Part shown: piece by piece, positions 1 to 12,744 of the stretch
How positions within the stretch are numbered: position 1 is the first letter of the stretch
How the letters are laid out: each line of letters starts with the position of its first letter
NCBI RefSeq assembly: GCF_009914755.1
Contig: NC_060947.1
Strand: one strand, 5' to 3'
DNA length: 64,000 bases
Source: the human T2T-CHM13v2.0 reference genome, Homo sapiens
Notes under the pieces: model-generated
Told to the model about the DNA's origin: nothing
The model's database searches: none
Seen by the model: only the letters and a program-made list of their open reading frames with translations
Position numbers and translations under genes: made by a program

Positions 1-85
1 ATTCTGAGATTTTGATATTTTTAACAAATCAACTTGAGAAATATACAATCATGGAATATCAGGAAAATTCTCCCCTTGAAGCTCA

Positions 86-490
86 TGCAGGATAGGTGAG
101 CCCCAAAGTTGGAGCTTATTCCAGGAGAGTTCTTGGCTTTGCCTTGGAGAGAATTTAAGCATGAGCTGGTGGTGTTAGACAGCAATACTTTTACTGAACA
201 ATATGGCTCCTTTCTGAACAGGGCTAACCCACAGGCAGTGAGCCAGCAGGCAGCAACCTATGGGCTCTTGACAACTGTATTTATATTCATTTACACTCAC
301 TTTCAGTTCCATGTAAAGGGGTGGGTTAATGCAAATTGAAGGGTGAGTTATTTAGAACTGTCTAGTAATGCAGGGAGGCAGAGGAGGGTGAATTTCTGGT
401 TCATTGCCATGGCAGTTGTAAACTGTCATGGCGCTGGTGGGAGTATCATGTGCTAGTGAGCAATGAGGGCAGCTAAAGATTGTGATCATC
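86..490 (-). mobile_element. ERV1 LTR fragment, MER66-like (3' part of the LTR)
   Basis: GGATAGGTGAGCCCCAAAGTTGG...GAGTTCTTGGCTTTG...TTGCCATGGCAGTTGTAAACTGTCATGGCGCTGGTGGGAG resembles the reverse complement of recalled MER66/MER4-group LTRs; shares an 87 bp block with 2083-2169. Confidence 0.6.
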
Positions 491-2082
491 TCTATCTGTG
501 GGTTCATGTGGGTTCCTTCACCCTCTCCTGTGGGGACCATGATTTAAGTCCTGTCAGGACCTGGAATTAAATCCTGTGTGTCTTCTACTTCAAAACTACA
601 AGAGAATGCAGGATTTTCTTTCTCATTAAAATCAGGTATCCCTTTAATCATTCCAAGCATATTTTTTATTGCATGCAGCCATTCAAAGTTTGCTTTTTCA
701 CAAATGCTTAGCCTAAATCTTCTATTCAGCTTCAGTTTCAGCTTAGGATGTTTAGGAAGACCAAGTAGCCAAATTCTATGCCAACAAGATTTCTGGCATC
801 CCTATACTACTTTGTGATCCTGCTAATTCTTATGTGACCATCATATCTAACCAATAACACATCATCAGTACTATAAACAAGCCATAACATTTGGAGTCAT
901 GGTTATCATGTGAACTTTCTCCTTCAATAATAGGTAATATTTTTAGATGTAACTTTGAATAAAAATCTATTTTTATGATTAATATATTGATATCCTGCTA
1001 GTCAGTGAAGGTACAAATGTATATTAATCATTGATAGAGTAATAATCTGCCATAATTAATGATAATTGTAAAAACTCCTAATATTATGTGTAGAAACAAA
1101 GAATAGTCTTTCAGATGAGTAGTTAGGAAATAGATTGAGAGTTCAATAAAAAGAGAGCATACGTAAGTTAGAAAATATCTGGAAGAATGTTATATTCTTC
1201 TTGATTAGACCCATGTTTATATAAATGTATGCATTATAACATAAATATGTATTTACATTGATACAAATTCTTGGTAAACATAGTGAAAAACATTCATTTA
1301 TATCATGTTTTTAATGTTGCTTGTTGAAAAATTACAAAACACAGAAAATCATAAACAAAAATCTCAGCAATGGGAGATTTATAAAAGTGCCCATTTAACT
1401 GCAGCATTATTAAGAATATCCATGGGTATTCCTTGTTTATTCAAAAATAAGTGTTTTCTAACTTGATGGAGAAAGTTTCAATTCAAATGTTGCTTTATTT
1501 TTCATTCTGAAATTACTAGAAAGTGCATAAGTGTTTCTATATCTTTATAGTTTGAACTGTTTTGGTGCTAATTTTTCATTTTATTCTTATATTTATTTAT
1601 CATGTTATATCCATACTGTTTTAAATTTTTTCATCTCAAAAGTTTTTGTGTGTACCAAGAATATTAACTCTGTCACGTTATATAAAGAATAATTTTTCTG
1701 TTGATATATTGTTTCAAAATTGTTGATGCCTTTCATTATTTTTTCTTCTTTAAAAATGTTTACTTAACAACTAATAATTACACATATTCATGGGGAACAG
1801 TGTGATAATTTGATATATGTATACAATTTAAGATATGGGTGAGTTATAAAAGGGACTGGATAGATGTGCAACAAATTATTTACCTCACATTGTGAAATCG
1901 TGGCTGTTAGTTTTTATTCTGCTAGTCCACATTTTATAATTTTCTATAAAAAGCATCTACTACTTTTTAATCAGAAAAGAAATATTTTACATCAAGAAAA
2001 TTAATATTAAATTCCTTTAGAGAGAATATACAGTCACAAATCTTTGATAAAATAAATAGCAATATGCTATTTACTTTATTAT

Positions 2083-2296
2083 GGTGAACTTCTGGTTCAT
2101 TGCCATGGCATTTATAAACTATCATAGCGCTAGTGGGAATGTCCCATGCTAATAAGCAATGAGGGCAGCCAGAAATCACCCTCACAGCCACCTGCTGGTT
2201 TCTGCCAGTTTCACTATCAGATCCTGTTTGGATCAGATCCTGTTTTAGTCAGTAGGGTTATGACCAGAAAACAAGTCCTGCTGGTCTCCTACCTCA
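2083..2296 (-). mobile_element. ERV1 LTR fragment, MER66-like (5' part of the LTR)
   Basis: Minus strand begins TGAGGTAGGAGACCAGCAGGACTTGTTTTCTGGTCATAACCC, matching the recalled MER66 LTR start. Confidence 0.65.
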
Positions 2297-2504
2297 CGGT
2301 ACACGTTTGTGTATTCACATGAGCCTTGGGCCAAGTTCCCCCGACTGAAACTATGGTATCATAAAGCTGGATGATTTCTTGAGGGGATATAGTAAGATAA
2401 GAAAGTAATCCATACTTTTCAATCTGTGAGTAAATAAATTAAATAATGGATGAAAAAATGTATACAATAATGCAAAGCAGAATAATACATATTAAATTAA
2501 TATG

Positions 2505-2706
2505 AAGTTGCAGCAAATTTTTCTTTATCAGACCCAATAATAAATATTTCAGTCTTTGTAGGCCATGTAGTTTCTGTGTCATATTGTTGTGTTTTTTAGA
2601 AATAATACTTTAAAATGTAAAAAGAAAAAAATGCTTATCTCAAAAGCTATGCAAAAATAAGCCACAGGCTGGAATTAGCTTTCAAGCCACAGACAGCTAG
2701 CCACTG
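2505..2706. mobile_element. MER58-like hAT-Charlie MITE remnant
   Basis: GCAAATTTTTCTTT...AAATATTTCAGTCTTTGTAGGCCATGTAGTTTCTG and a distal AGCCACAGGCTGGAATTAGC...CCACTG resemble MER58 ends. Confidence 0.5.
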
Positions 2707-3204
2707 GATTATCTTTAATTCAAATATTTGAATACTGTATTTTTGTACCAGTAGTCAAAATATTAACAAAGGAGAGTTATACCCCAAGTAAGATTTTGAA
2801 AGCCTCAAGAGAAAGTCACTCTAGCCCTGAAAATGAGAAAAAGCCTAATAATCTGAAAGAATACAGGGGATTTTTTAGATCATGATCTAAAAAAGACCAT
2901 CAAGGTAACAAGGCAGCCATGGGAACTGATACAAAAGGGTGACTAGTCCCTCTAAGGAGAGATGAGGCACACAAACTGTGTCACCTCTGGCAGAAAATGT
3001 GTGGAAGAAGTGGCAATCATAAAAGTGGGTAAGAAGGAAACAACTGAAAATGTAACAGATTCATAAAGGCCAAACATATGCAATTGAGAGAGCTGGAATC
3101 CCTGGAAGTCTCAGAGACAAGTGGAATTCACATCCACAGGCAGAGTGAGATCCTGTCTCAGAAAAAATTGTCTGAGTTTATAAGACTGGATAAAAAAGCA
3201 AGAA

Positions 3205-3885
3205 CGAAAATAACAGATGCTGGTGAGTTTGTGTAGAAAAAGCAACACTTGGCACCCTGCGGGTTGGAGTATAAATTAGTTCAACCGTTGTGGAAAGGAG
3301 TGTGGTGATTACTCAAAGACCTAAGAATAGAAATACCATTTTGATGCAGCAATCCCATTGCTGGGACTCTACCCAAAGGAATAAAAATCTTTCTATTATA
3401 AAGACATATGCACATGTATGGTCATTGCAGTACTATTCACAATAACAAAGACATGGGATTAACCTAAATGCCCATCAGTAGTAGACTGGATAAAGAAAAT
3501 GTGGTACATATACACCATGGAATACTATGCAGCCATTTAAAAAAGCGAGATCATATCCTTTGCAGGAACATGAATGGAGCTGGAGGGCATTATTGTTAGC
3601 AAACTAATGCAAGAAATGAAAACTAAATACCACATAGTCTCACTTATAAGTGGGAACTAAATGATGAGAACACACAGACACATAGAGGGGAAAAACACAC
3701 ACTGGGGCCTATTGGAGGGTAGAGGGTGGGCGGAAGAAGAAGATCAGAAAAATATTTAATGAGTACTGGGCTTAATACCTGAGTGATGAAATAATCTGTA
3801 CAGCAAACCCCTGTGACACAAGTTTACCTAGGTAACAAACCTGCACATGCACCTCTCAACGCAAAATAAAAGTTTCAAAAAAAAT
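3205..3885 (+). mobile_element. 5'-truncated older L1 (about L1PA13-16/L1PB): end of ORF2 plus 3' UTR
   Basis: AACAGATGCTGG...GCAATCCCATTGCTGGG...TACACCATGGAATACTATGCAGCC...GGCTTAATACCTGAGTGATGAAATAATCTGTACAGCAAACCCC...AAAATAAAAGTT followed by an A-run. Confidence 0.85.
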
Positions 3886-3949
3886 CACAAAAAATTGTGA
3901 AATATTCTGATCTTTCTATTGAGAAAAAAATCAGTTCATTTCTTTTTAT

Positions 3950-4030
3950 TAAGGAAGGAAGGAAGGAAAGAAAGGAGGGAAGGAAGGAGGGAGGGAGGAG
4001 AGAAGGAGAAGAAAACAGAAAAGAAAAACA
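3950..4030. repeat. (GGAA)n / GA-rich low-complexity tract
   Basis: AAGGAAGGAAGGAAGGAAAGAAAGGAGGGAAGGAAGGAGGGAGGG seen directly. Confidence 0.9.
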
Positions 4031-4739
4031 GGGCTGAACAAATGTGTCTGTGTCTACCTGATAAGAAGGCACTTTGAGCAACTTGAGTGAGAAGTAACAT
4101 AAATCAGAGGATCACAAACAGCCTTTCAAAAGTTATTCTGGCTGGTTTTTCTGAGCGATTCAATCCTGCCTTGGGTTCCATTGAAACCATGTATTGTCCT
4201 GAAGGGTACCTCTTCCCTGGATTAACAGCCCAGCTGAGGACCAACAGAGACTGGTTAGTTTAGGAAAAAAAGGAAAAGGAAAATACAGAAGACCAACATA
4301 TTCCCCTCTCCCATGATATTGTTCTCCTTTTTACGTTTCCCACTCAATCTACAGAAGGATATTTGAACACCAAAATGTCAAAGCTAAGAGAGCTCTGAGA
4401 GACCAACCAATATTGTCATTTTTCAAAGAACTTTTAGCCAGAGAACACTTTTGTAAAATGAAATTTTATCCAAAACCCTACTGCAGAAAATGGGGGGATA
4501 AAATGATATTTTTATACAAATATATCGCTTTAGTTTCAAGTTATCTTTCTATAAAGGCTGTCAAAGAGTTTGATTGAGGTTCTTTTGCAGAACCTAACAA
4601 ATTATTCTGTGGATTTCTGCATAACACTTCAGTTCTATATTAACTTCTGCATCTAATTTTTTGGTATTATAATTGTTGTGGCACAGCTGCAAGAAGATCT
4701 TGATTTTTACAATATATTTATCAGTAATCTGCATCTTGA

Positions 4740-5790
4740 AAAAACCCCACTTTAAAAATAAATAAGTTATAAGTAAAGGATAGAAGAAGATATAACCCCA
4801 CAAATATGAATCAAATAAAAACTGGAGGTATTAAATTAATAACTCACAAAGCACATTTTATAGTGGAGATTATTACAAGAGACAAAGTGGGACATTACAT
4901 AATAATCATAGAGAGGTGCATTGATTCAGAAGACAGAAACACCATGAGTATGTATGCACCTTTGAAATACATGAGGGAAAAAACCAATACATCAGAAAGA
5001 AGAAATAGACACATATCCATTTATAGTAGAAGACTTCAACATTCCTCCCAGCAATTGGTAGGAAACGTGTACCAAAAAAAAACCCCAGGATATATAAATG
5101 CAAAAGGCTTAAACAACATTATCAACAACTTGGACTAATTGATATTCATAGAACAATAGCAGAATGCACGTTCTTCTCAAGTGCTCATGGAATGTTCACC
5201 AAGATAAACCATATTATGGGCCAAAAAACAAATTTCAGCAAATTCAACAGGAGTGAAATCTTATAAAACATGTTTTGTGACCACAAAAGGATTGAAATAG
5301 AAACTAGTTGTAGATACCTGGAATCCATGAAATATTGGAAATTAAACAACACTTTTAAGTAATGCAGGGATAAAAGAAGAAATTGTAGGGAAAATTTTAA
5401 AATGAAAACGAAACATATCAAACTTTGCAAGATGAAACTAAAGCATAGGGGGGAGATGTATACCATTCAATACTCACATCAGAAAGGAAGAAAAGTCTTA
5501 AATTGGCCAGGTGCGGTCAGGCGCGGTGGCTCACACCTGTAATCCCAGCACTTTGGGAGGCTGAGATAAGAGGATTGCTTGAGGCCAGGAGGTCAAGACC
5601 AGCCTGGTCAACACAAGGAGACCCTATCTCTAATTTTTTTTTTAAAAAATGCATCATAGAACTAAATGTAAAAGCTAATGTTACAACACTTCTAGAAGAA
5701 AATTTATGAGGATCTGTGGCATCATGTTAGACAAAGATAGATAGGATACAAAAAGCACAAACTATGAAATAAAAAATTCATACTGTTTTT
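4740..5790 (+). mobile_element. Old L1M ORF2 (endonuclease region) fragments, interrupted by an Alu monomer
   Basis: ORF 4806-5138 contains ITRDKVGHYIII, a degenerate L1 EN motif; GCACGTTCTTCTCAAGTGCTCATGGAATGTTCACCAAGATAAACC is typical L1M sequence. Confidence 0.7.
5505..5632 (+). mobile_element. Alu left monomer (FLAM-like) with a short duplicated 5' start
   Basis: GGCCAGGTGC GGTCAGGCGC GGTGGCTCACACCTGTAATCCCAGCACTTTGGGAGG...GAGACCCTATCTCT. Confidence 0.85.
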
Positions 5791-6084
5791 AAATTTATAT
5801 ACCTATGTCCTATCATTACCCAGTGACTACTTACTTCTCAAAGCATTATACAAATCAAATGAAGAGGTCACTAGAGGTCTAATTGCCTAGAGAAATTTCC
5901 ATGCAGATTTTTCCCACAAGATCATGATGACTAAACCCCACCATAGCATTTAGGTTCCTTGAGTCCCTGAAGAGCTGAAGAGATAATCCAAAGATCAGCC
6001 AAGGGGTCAAAGGTAGTCTTGACGTTGTATCTCTGGAACACGCTCCAGGAAAATGTGGGAACAGCAACAATATTAACAGCAAAA

Positions 6085-6295
6085 AAATAACAGCTAGAAT
6101 TGATTGGAAACTTACTATATGCCAGGAACTGTTCTGACGACTGTACTTGTCTTCACATAGTCAGTGCTCTAAACTGCCTGCAAGAAGTAGATGACTTTAC
6201 TAGTACTATTTCCAAAGAACTAATGGAGAAAGGAGGCAAGAGATGTTAAGTAGTTTTCTCAGTGTCACCCAGCAGTGAGTGCTGGAGCCGCGTGG
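6085..6295 (-). mobile_element. MIR SINE
   Basis: AATAACAGCTAG...ACTTACTATATGCCAGGAACTG...GTTAAGTAGTTTTCTCAGTGTCACCCAGC matches the reverse complement of the MIR core. Confidence 0.6.
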
Positions 6296-6649
6296 GTCAG
6301 AGGCATCATGAAAACATCTACTATGCTTACATATTTATGCAATCAAGGACAAGACCCAAAGGCAACTGCAAAATATTTACAATTTTACAGCAAGGAACTG
6401 TACAGTGAATGGAAATTTGATTTCTTCAGAAATCATTTAGAGATGGAGGCTTGAAAGGACTAGTCTGGGTATCATTTGGAGATGGTGTCCTGAGAGCATC
6501 ATTAGAGTAACAGGCAGCATGTGAGTGTGGGTCTCCTCACCTGAAGATCCTGAGTTTATACATCAGAGAACACTCCAAACCTGTCCCTTCTGTACCTTCA
6601 CAAAGGAGAAAGAAGCTGTGTGGCTGGGAAAGGAGACTATTCCCCTCCT

Positions 6650-6800
6650 CTAGTAGTTCTCAAACAAGTTTCTATGAAAGTTGGAACCCAGAATCTTTTA
6701 AAAATGCAGGCTCCAGGATTCACACCCAATGAATCTCATGTAGTGTGGCCATAATGGTGCCCTAGGATCTGGGAATTTACCACCCAGCCTAGGGAACTTT
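6650..6800. mobile_element. MER5-like hAT MITE remnant
   Basis: AGTAGTTCTCAAAC...TTTAAAAATGCAGGCTCCAGG...CCTAGGATCTGGG. Confidence 0.4.
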
Positions 6801-7548
6801 CAGAAACCTTATTAAATCCCTTAGGTAGCAAGACTGTCTGCACTCTTGCTACCCACTCTTCCCAGGGCAGACAGGAGGTTTAGAAGAGCGACCTCAGAGC
6901 ACACAGGAACTCAGGATAAATGAACACAGTGTGAGTCACCATAACGGTAAGGCAGTGCATCTTATGAGAAGACCTTGCAACTCCTACTGGCCTTTCTCCC
7001 TGAAGGACTCAGTTTATCTCAAATCCCTTCTCCTCATGGGTAGTGGATGGAGGGGTGTCAGGAAATGACCTTTTAGATCACAAAAGGGCATAGGCTATTC
7101 TCAAGGACCATTGAACACATTGGATGGGAGGTGATGAAAGCTATTGTCCCCCTCCCACCAGCCTTGGTTTCATTCTTCATGTCCTTCCATGGGAACCTGG
7201 AGCAATGTCAGGACTTAAGGCCAATGTCTTCCCTTCACTAACAGACTCCAGCCCTTCACCTGAGGAGTTCGTCTCCCCTCTCCTCCCTTCAGCTGTCCTT
7301 CTCCTGGTCTCATCTGCGAACCCACAGCAGATAGCTGTCCTTAGCAGCCTGACGACCTAGCCTGGCCCCTTCCTCCTGTGTCCCAGCCTGGAGAGGGCTG
7401 TCCTCGCCGAGGGGAAGGACACCAGTCCCAGGATCCCAGAGCCATGACTACTACAGAACCATCCTGAGCATCAATGTCCCATGGCAGTGGTTGACCTGTG
7501 AAATGAAGCTCCACCACACACCCCAGCTGGCCCTGAAATACTTCCTTT

Positions 7549-7763
7549 TCTTTTTGTCTTATTTGAGACAAGGTCTCATTGTCGCTCAGCTTGGAGTGCA
7601 GTGGAGAAATCATAGATCACGACAGCCTCCCATCTCGGCCTCCCAAGTAGATGGGATCTCCCTATGTTTTGCAGGCTGATTGCGAACTCCTGGGCTCAAG
7701 CAGTCCTCGCACCTCGACCTCCCAATGTGCTGGGATTAGAGGGCTGAGCCACCTCTCTTGGTC
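7549..7763 (-). mobile_element. AluJ-like element with internal deletions
   Basis: TTTGAGACAAGGTCTC...GGAGTGCAGTGG...AACTCCTGGGCTCAAGCAGTCCTC...TGCTGGGATTA. Confidence 0.8.
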
Positions 7764-8736
7764 CTGAAAAACTTTCTTATCACAGAAAGTAAGACAGAGG
7801 AGGAAGGTGCCTGCAACCCCTCCTGGGGAACATTGTGTTCTTTTCCATGGTAGAGAGCTATTTACTCTGTATTGACCACAACATTCCTATTCTTTTGATG
7901 TAAATAAGAAGATTGAGGGTACTTCCTTTCAGTCCTAAATATGTAATTTATAACTAGAATATCATTGCCTATTTTGGGACATTTAGGAAATTTTTGAGGG
8001 CAGCTTTGGTTGTTGGAATGATTGGCAGAGGCTACTGTCATTTGGGGACTGAGTGTTACAGGGAGGCAAATGACTTTTTCCAGAGTCTTAAATAAACTGG
8101 ATTTTCCATATATGTCACTCCCTGTAAACTGAGAAAAGCTTGTAAATGTTGCTTCATCTGGGAACTCACAAAGACTTATTGACTGCTTTGGCAATCACAT
8201 CACTGCAGAGCATTCCATTCTTAGATTGCACTCTGACACAACATACCAGTATCAATTTGTTTTGTAGCTTTGCATGCCTGGGGTAAACAATGAGGGGAAT
8301 CCAACTTACCTACTAAAGGGATTGTTTCCAGGATGAGCTGTTAGTTGATGGGGAAAATCAAGCGGGAGATGTTGGTAGTGTGATCTCTCATGAGTTTAGT
8401 GAACACACCAGCTATGCCTGTTGCTGTTACTGCACTGAAGTTCTCTTTGCAGGTGTATCTCCCTCACCAGGCTCTCTGGTCTCTTCTGGAAGGCTGGAAA
8501 CATACTCAGTAGATCCCTGTGTCTTCAGGATGAGATAGTTGACCTCACAGGCATAAGGGAGTCAGGGAACACTTGTGGAATTGTAGTGATCTCTACATGG
8601 TTGGAAGACCAAACCCTGAGTCACAGTGATGAGCCACATGGATGTCAGTCTGTACAGGGTGGGAGGAGAATGCCACAGGCCTCTGTCTTAGGAGCCATGC
8701 AGCAGAGTGAGACCAACCTGCAGTACTGATCTCAGT

Positions 8737-8784
8737 TATGCCCTTTAAGGGTCCCAGATGTAAGCAGCCTATTAGTTAAGGCTC

Positions 8785-8826
<42 letters not shown>

Positions 8827-9220
8827 CACGCGCGTGCATGCAGAGAAAGAGAGAGAGAGAACTTGATTTTGAGGAAGTGGATCATGCAAATATGGGGGCT
8901 GGAAAGTACAAACCTTGCAGAGCAGGATGTCAGGCTGGAGTCCCATGGCAGAGGTGATGCGATCACTCAAATTTAAGGGCAGTGTAGAGGCAGAATTTCT
9001 TCATCTTGAGGAGAACTTCGGTCTTCTTTTCTGAAAGCCTTCAAGTGACTGGATGAGGCCCACCCATATTGTAGAGGGCAATTAAGTTTACCCAGTGTCT
9101 GTTTATTTAACTGTAGTCTCAGCTGAAAAACACCCTCAGAGAGACACCTACCCTGGACAAAGTGAACAATTTTGTCTCGATCGTGACTGAGCCAAGTTGA
9201 CAAACCAGATTTCCCATCAT
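8737..9220 (-). mobile_element. MLT2-type (ERVL) LTR containing a microsatellite
   Basis: GAGGCAGAATTTCTT...GCCTTCAAGTGACTGGATGAGGCCCACCCATATTGTAGAGGG...AGCCAAGTTGACA are characteristic of MLT2. Confidence 0.75.
8787..8842. repeat. (TG)17 plus CG-rich alternating purine/pyrimidine tract
   Basis: (TG)17 followed by CGCGCGCACGCGCGTGCATGCA; 56 nt of unbroken alternation. Confidence 0.95.
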
Positions 9221-10489
9221 AGCCATCTTATACAAATCCTATTAATTGTGAAGGTCTATCTGACAAAGGCAGGTGACTTCCTAACTAAGATTCTATATTA
9301 TCCTTTTTTGTCCAGCCCAAGCCTCTATTTCAGGCCCGGTACAATTCTGACCAGGAAGCTGAGGCTGATGTAAATGCCTTCCAGGGTTCAGGCAGGGTCA
9401 GGATAGTCAGGGCGCACATGCAAGTACAATCCCAGAGGGCACAATTGATACCCCTGGACTCTAAGAGTTTACCCTTGTTAGGGTACCCCCAGCAGGATGT
9501 ACATTAGTTAGGCAGGAGCTGGCCAAGGCTCCCAATGTGGCCTCCCACTGCGTGACCTTTCCCTCTGGGGTTTCTTATCCAGTCCAAACAATTCATTTGC
9601 ATCTTTGGTTTAGGGGAACTGTCAGAAGGCAGTCAGTTCAGGGTAGTCATTGACACAAGTTCCTCCACTTCAAAAGCGTGGATGACATCCCCAGGTGTTG
9701 TGCCTGGGATGATCAGGAGCTGGGTTGCCCCTGCTGTCCCATAGTTGCAGCTGTGTTAGGTGTGATCTTGGGTTTAGTATTCAGTGTGATTTCAACCTTG
9801 ACCACAGGGTATGACTGTGGTCTCCTCACAGGCAGAGAGACCCACCATCTGTGCTGTCACTGAGTACCTCCGATTCAGTGTCATACTGTGAGACTAGGAC
9901 ACAGTGCTGACACAATGCCGATCTTACTTTTGCTGTGTATGCAAGCAATCAACCACTTGGATCAATTTGGACTCATTTTCTTCTTACCGGCCAATCTATG
10001 GATATGCGACAAGGCAAACTAACAACAGCACTGGTGAACCTTGTAGCCATGTTAGCCACAACAGGGCTGTTTAGGAAATGCTTGAGCAATTGACACACTA
10101 TTGTACTGAATTGTGTGTAGTGTTGCCTGGCCAGAACATTGACTAATTCCTCCTGGCATCACACGGAGCAAGAAGCAGTTTTCAGCACATACCATTGACT
10201 TAGGTTTGGCCTTTTCAGTTGGGTATTCACAAACAGACTTTAGAATTCATTTTACATCTGATACAATTAATTAACATATTTATTTAAATCAAATAAGTTT
10301 TGGAAGCCAAATGCATTTTAAAAGGTAGCTTGGTATTTTTACTTGCATTCCAAAAACGGTTATTACTTTATTATAGATGTAGTTGTAAATGTAAATTGAA
10401 TGAAAAAATAGATTTTGAACAAAAAGCAGAAATGTAACTAGTAAACCAAATTTGTCTGCAATGTAATGCTTACTTCCTATATTATTTCA

Positions 10490-10645
10490 TTTATTCTTCA
10501 TAGCAAGTATTTAGTGTAAATATTCTAATTTCTACTTTAGAAATGGGGAAACTGTCCCACAGGATATAAGTATCTTGCCCACCCTCTCAAGGCCAGTGCG
10601 TGAGAGGCAGGATAGAAACCCATGGCTATTTCATGCCATAGCCTC
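10490..10645 (-). mobile_element. MIR SINE
   Basis: TTTAGAAATGGGGAAACTG...AAGTATCTTGCCC...GGCAGGATAGAAACCCA. Confidence 0.5.
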
Positions 10646-11119
10646 TAAAGAGACAATATTGCTAGGACCCAAGTCATCTCTCATCAGCAAGTTGCCCTGG
10701 TTACTTTCCCCTGTCTACTACCTAGGCCCTAATTCTTTCATCCAGCTCTGCAGCCTAGGAACTTCTCACAAACTTTGTGGCAAATGGGATCCCCTACATT
10801 TAATCTCACTTTTTATTTGAATCCTAGCTTTTCAGTCCTTTTGGATAAAAAAAATTTTACAATCTCTGTAATAGGGAGAAATAATTGCTTATTATAATTT
10901 CCTTCCCCTCCTTAAGCAGTATGGATTCTGAGTAGGGTCCTTTGTTGCAGAATTCTCTTTGTGGATATGAAGATACAAATGGAGCTCAGAGTTGAAATTC
11001 CTGTATTACGTATAGTAAGAGGGGTATCAGGCTGGATCTAGGAAGCTTCAGGGGCTTCTGAATGAGATGTGGTGACTGTCAGACTGATGGAGTTTTATGT
11101 AGATGAAAAATAAGGTTTG

Positions 11120-11499
11120 CATGTAATACTATGCAGCCATAAAAAAGAATGAGATCAAGTCCTTTGCAGGGACATGGATGAAGCTGGAAGTCATCATCCT
11201 CAGCAAACTAATACAGGAACAGAGAACAAAACACCGCATGTTCTCACTCATAAGTGGGAGTTGAACAATGAGAACACATGGACACAGGGAGGGGAACAAC
11301 ACACACTGGGGCCTGTTGGGGGGTCAGGGGCAAGGGGAGCGAGAGCATTAGGACAAATATCTAATGCGTGCAGGGCTTAAAACCTAGATGACGGGTTGAT
11401 AGGTGCAGCAAAACACATGGCACATGTATACCTGTGTGACAAATCTGCACATTCTGCACATGTATCCTGGAACTTAAAGTAAAATTTAAAAAAAAAAAA
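11120..11499 (+). mobile_element. 5'-truncated L1PA (about PA7-PA10) 3' end, head of a 3'-transduction insertion
   Basis: CATGTAATACTATGCAGCCATAAAAAAG...GGGCTTAAAACCTAGATGACGGGTTGATAGG...CTTAAAGTAAAATTT followed by an A-run. Confidence 0.9.
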
Positions 11500-11574
11500 C
11501 GAAAAGTTACTTAAAGAGGAAGCAAAATTTCTTTTAGAAATACAGAAGAGGAAGCTCAGCAGCCTAACTACATT

Positions 11575-11690
11575 AAAGAAGGCTTCATAGAGAAGGTAAC
11601 ACCTGAGCAGAATAAGGGAGCATAAATGGGAGTTACTCAAGTAAAGAAAGAGGGGTAAGCACATTCCGAGCAGAGAAGACAATATATATA
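11575..11690. mobile_element. L2 fragment inside the transduced segment
   Basis: GAAGGCTTCATAGAGAAGGTAACACCTGAGC...GCACATTCCGAGCAGAGAAGACA resembles L2. Confidence 0.45.
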
Positions 11691-11902
11691 TATATATACA
11701 GACAGGGAGGAATAAAACAACATTGTATGTGGATGAGAAGTATGAGCAGTCCTTAACAATAGAATGCAAAATGAAAGGTGGAAAGTGGTGGTGATTGAAA
11801 CTAGAAAGATCATAGGAGGGTGGAAAAGGGGAAATTTTGTATGTCGTGTTGTAAACTTGGAATATATCATACAGAAATATAAAATCAGTGCTAAGTTTTG
11901 AG

Positions 11903-12292
11903 TGATGGGGTTCAGGATACACTACCCCAGAATATGGGGGTATTTAGAAAACAGCAGAAACAGGAAGGTAGCTCTCACCTTCCCCCAACTCTTCTTCCCT
12001 GAAGCAGGTCATAAAATCCTCATTTGACAGGTGCTGTCTCTATACCCAGAGGAAATGAACATCTGTATATCTCCAAAAACACAAGGTCACTGACAGCAGT
12101 CTAAACAAACAGGCATAGCTGAGTTCTCCCCAGTTAACTATCATTAGATCATGCGTTTTTATCCAATCATACTTCTCCATCACTATGCACTTCTCCATCA
12201 AATCTAGAATAAATATACACAAGTTTTCCTGCTTCTTTGTGTTTTCCTTTCCCGATGTAAAACTTATATTAAATAAATGTGTGTACTATTCT
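11903..12292 (+). mobile_element. MER39/MER34-like ERV1 LTR, cut off at its poly(A) site
   Basis: Starts TGATGGGGTTCAGGATACACTACCCCAGAATATGG...GAAAACAGCAGAAACAGGAAGG; AATAAA at 12272-12277, then A11 from 12293 in place of U5. Confidence 0.7.
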
Positions 12293-12744
12293 AAAAAAAA
12301 AAATGAGGTTTGGTGCTTCTCCTTCCCTGGCTCTTAATAACTTTTAAAGAAAGGTCAGATGTGTTTGCAGGAGACGTTGTGGCATTTTCCATAGGGAATA
12401 AGGCATCAGTTCTTCTCTCCATGCTCCCACAAACTATTCCAAATGACTTTAGTATTCAAGTTATATTGTTCTGTAGCACAGTAAAATAGGTATGTTATCA
12501 TTACTTTTTAAAATGTTTTTGTACCAATGGTTTCATCTCGGAATGCTTGTTAGCTCTATGTGCCATATTTTGGAAAACCCCTCCTTCAATAAAAGAACAA
12601 AGCCTTTCACCTTTAACAATGAAAAAATATACATCTTATATATTACCACAGATTTATATAAAAAATGAGATTACCACTAAAGTCAACATATACAACACCA
12701 GTTCTACATTCAATGCTGTCAGAAGCATTTGCTTCGAGAAAGCG

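Noticed and set aside
9350-10050. Possible old ERVL-class LTR
   Set aside because: Some LTR-like phrases are present, but I could not define ends, TSD or family with enough confidence.
11377-11922. 181 aa hydrophobic minus-strand ORF
   Set aside because: It runs antisense across purine-rich L1 tail, L2 and LTR sequence; a compositional artefact.
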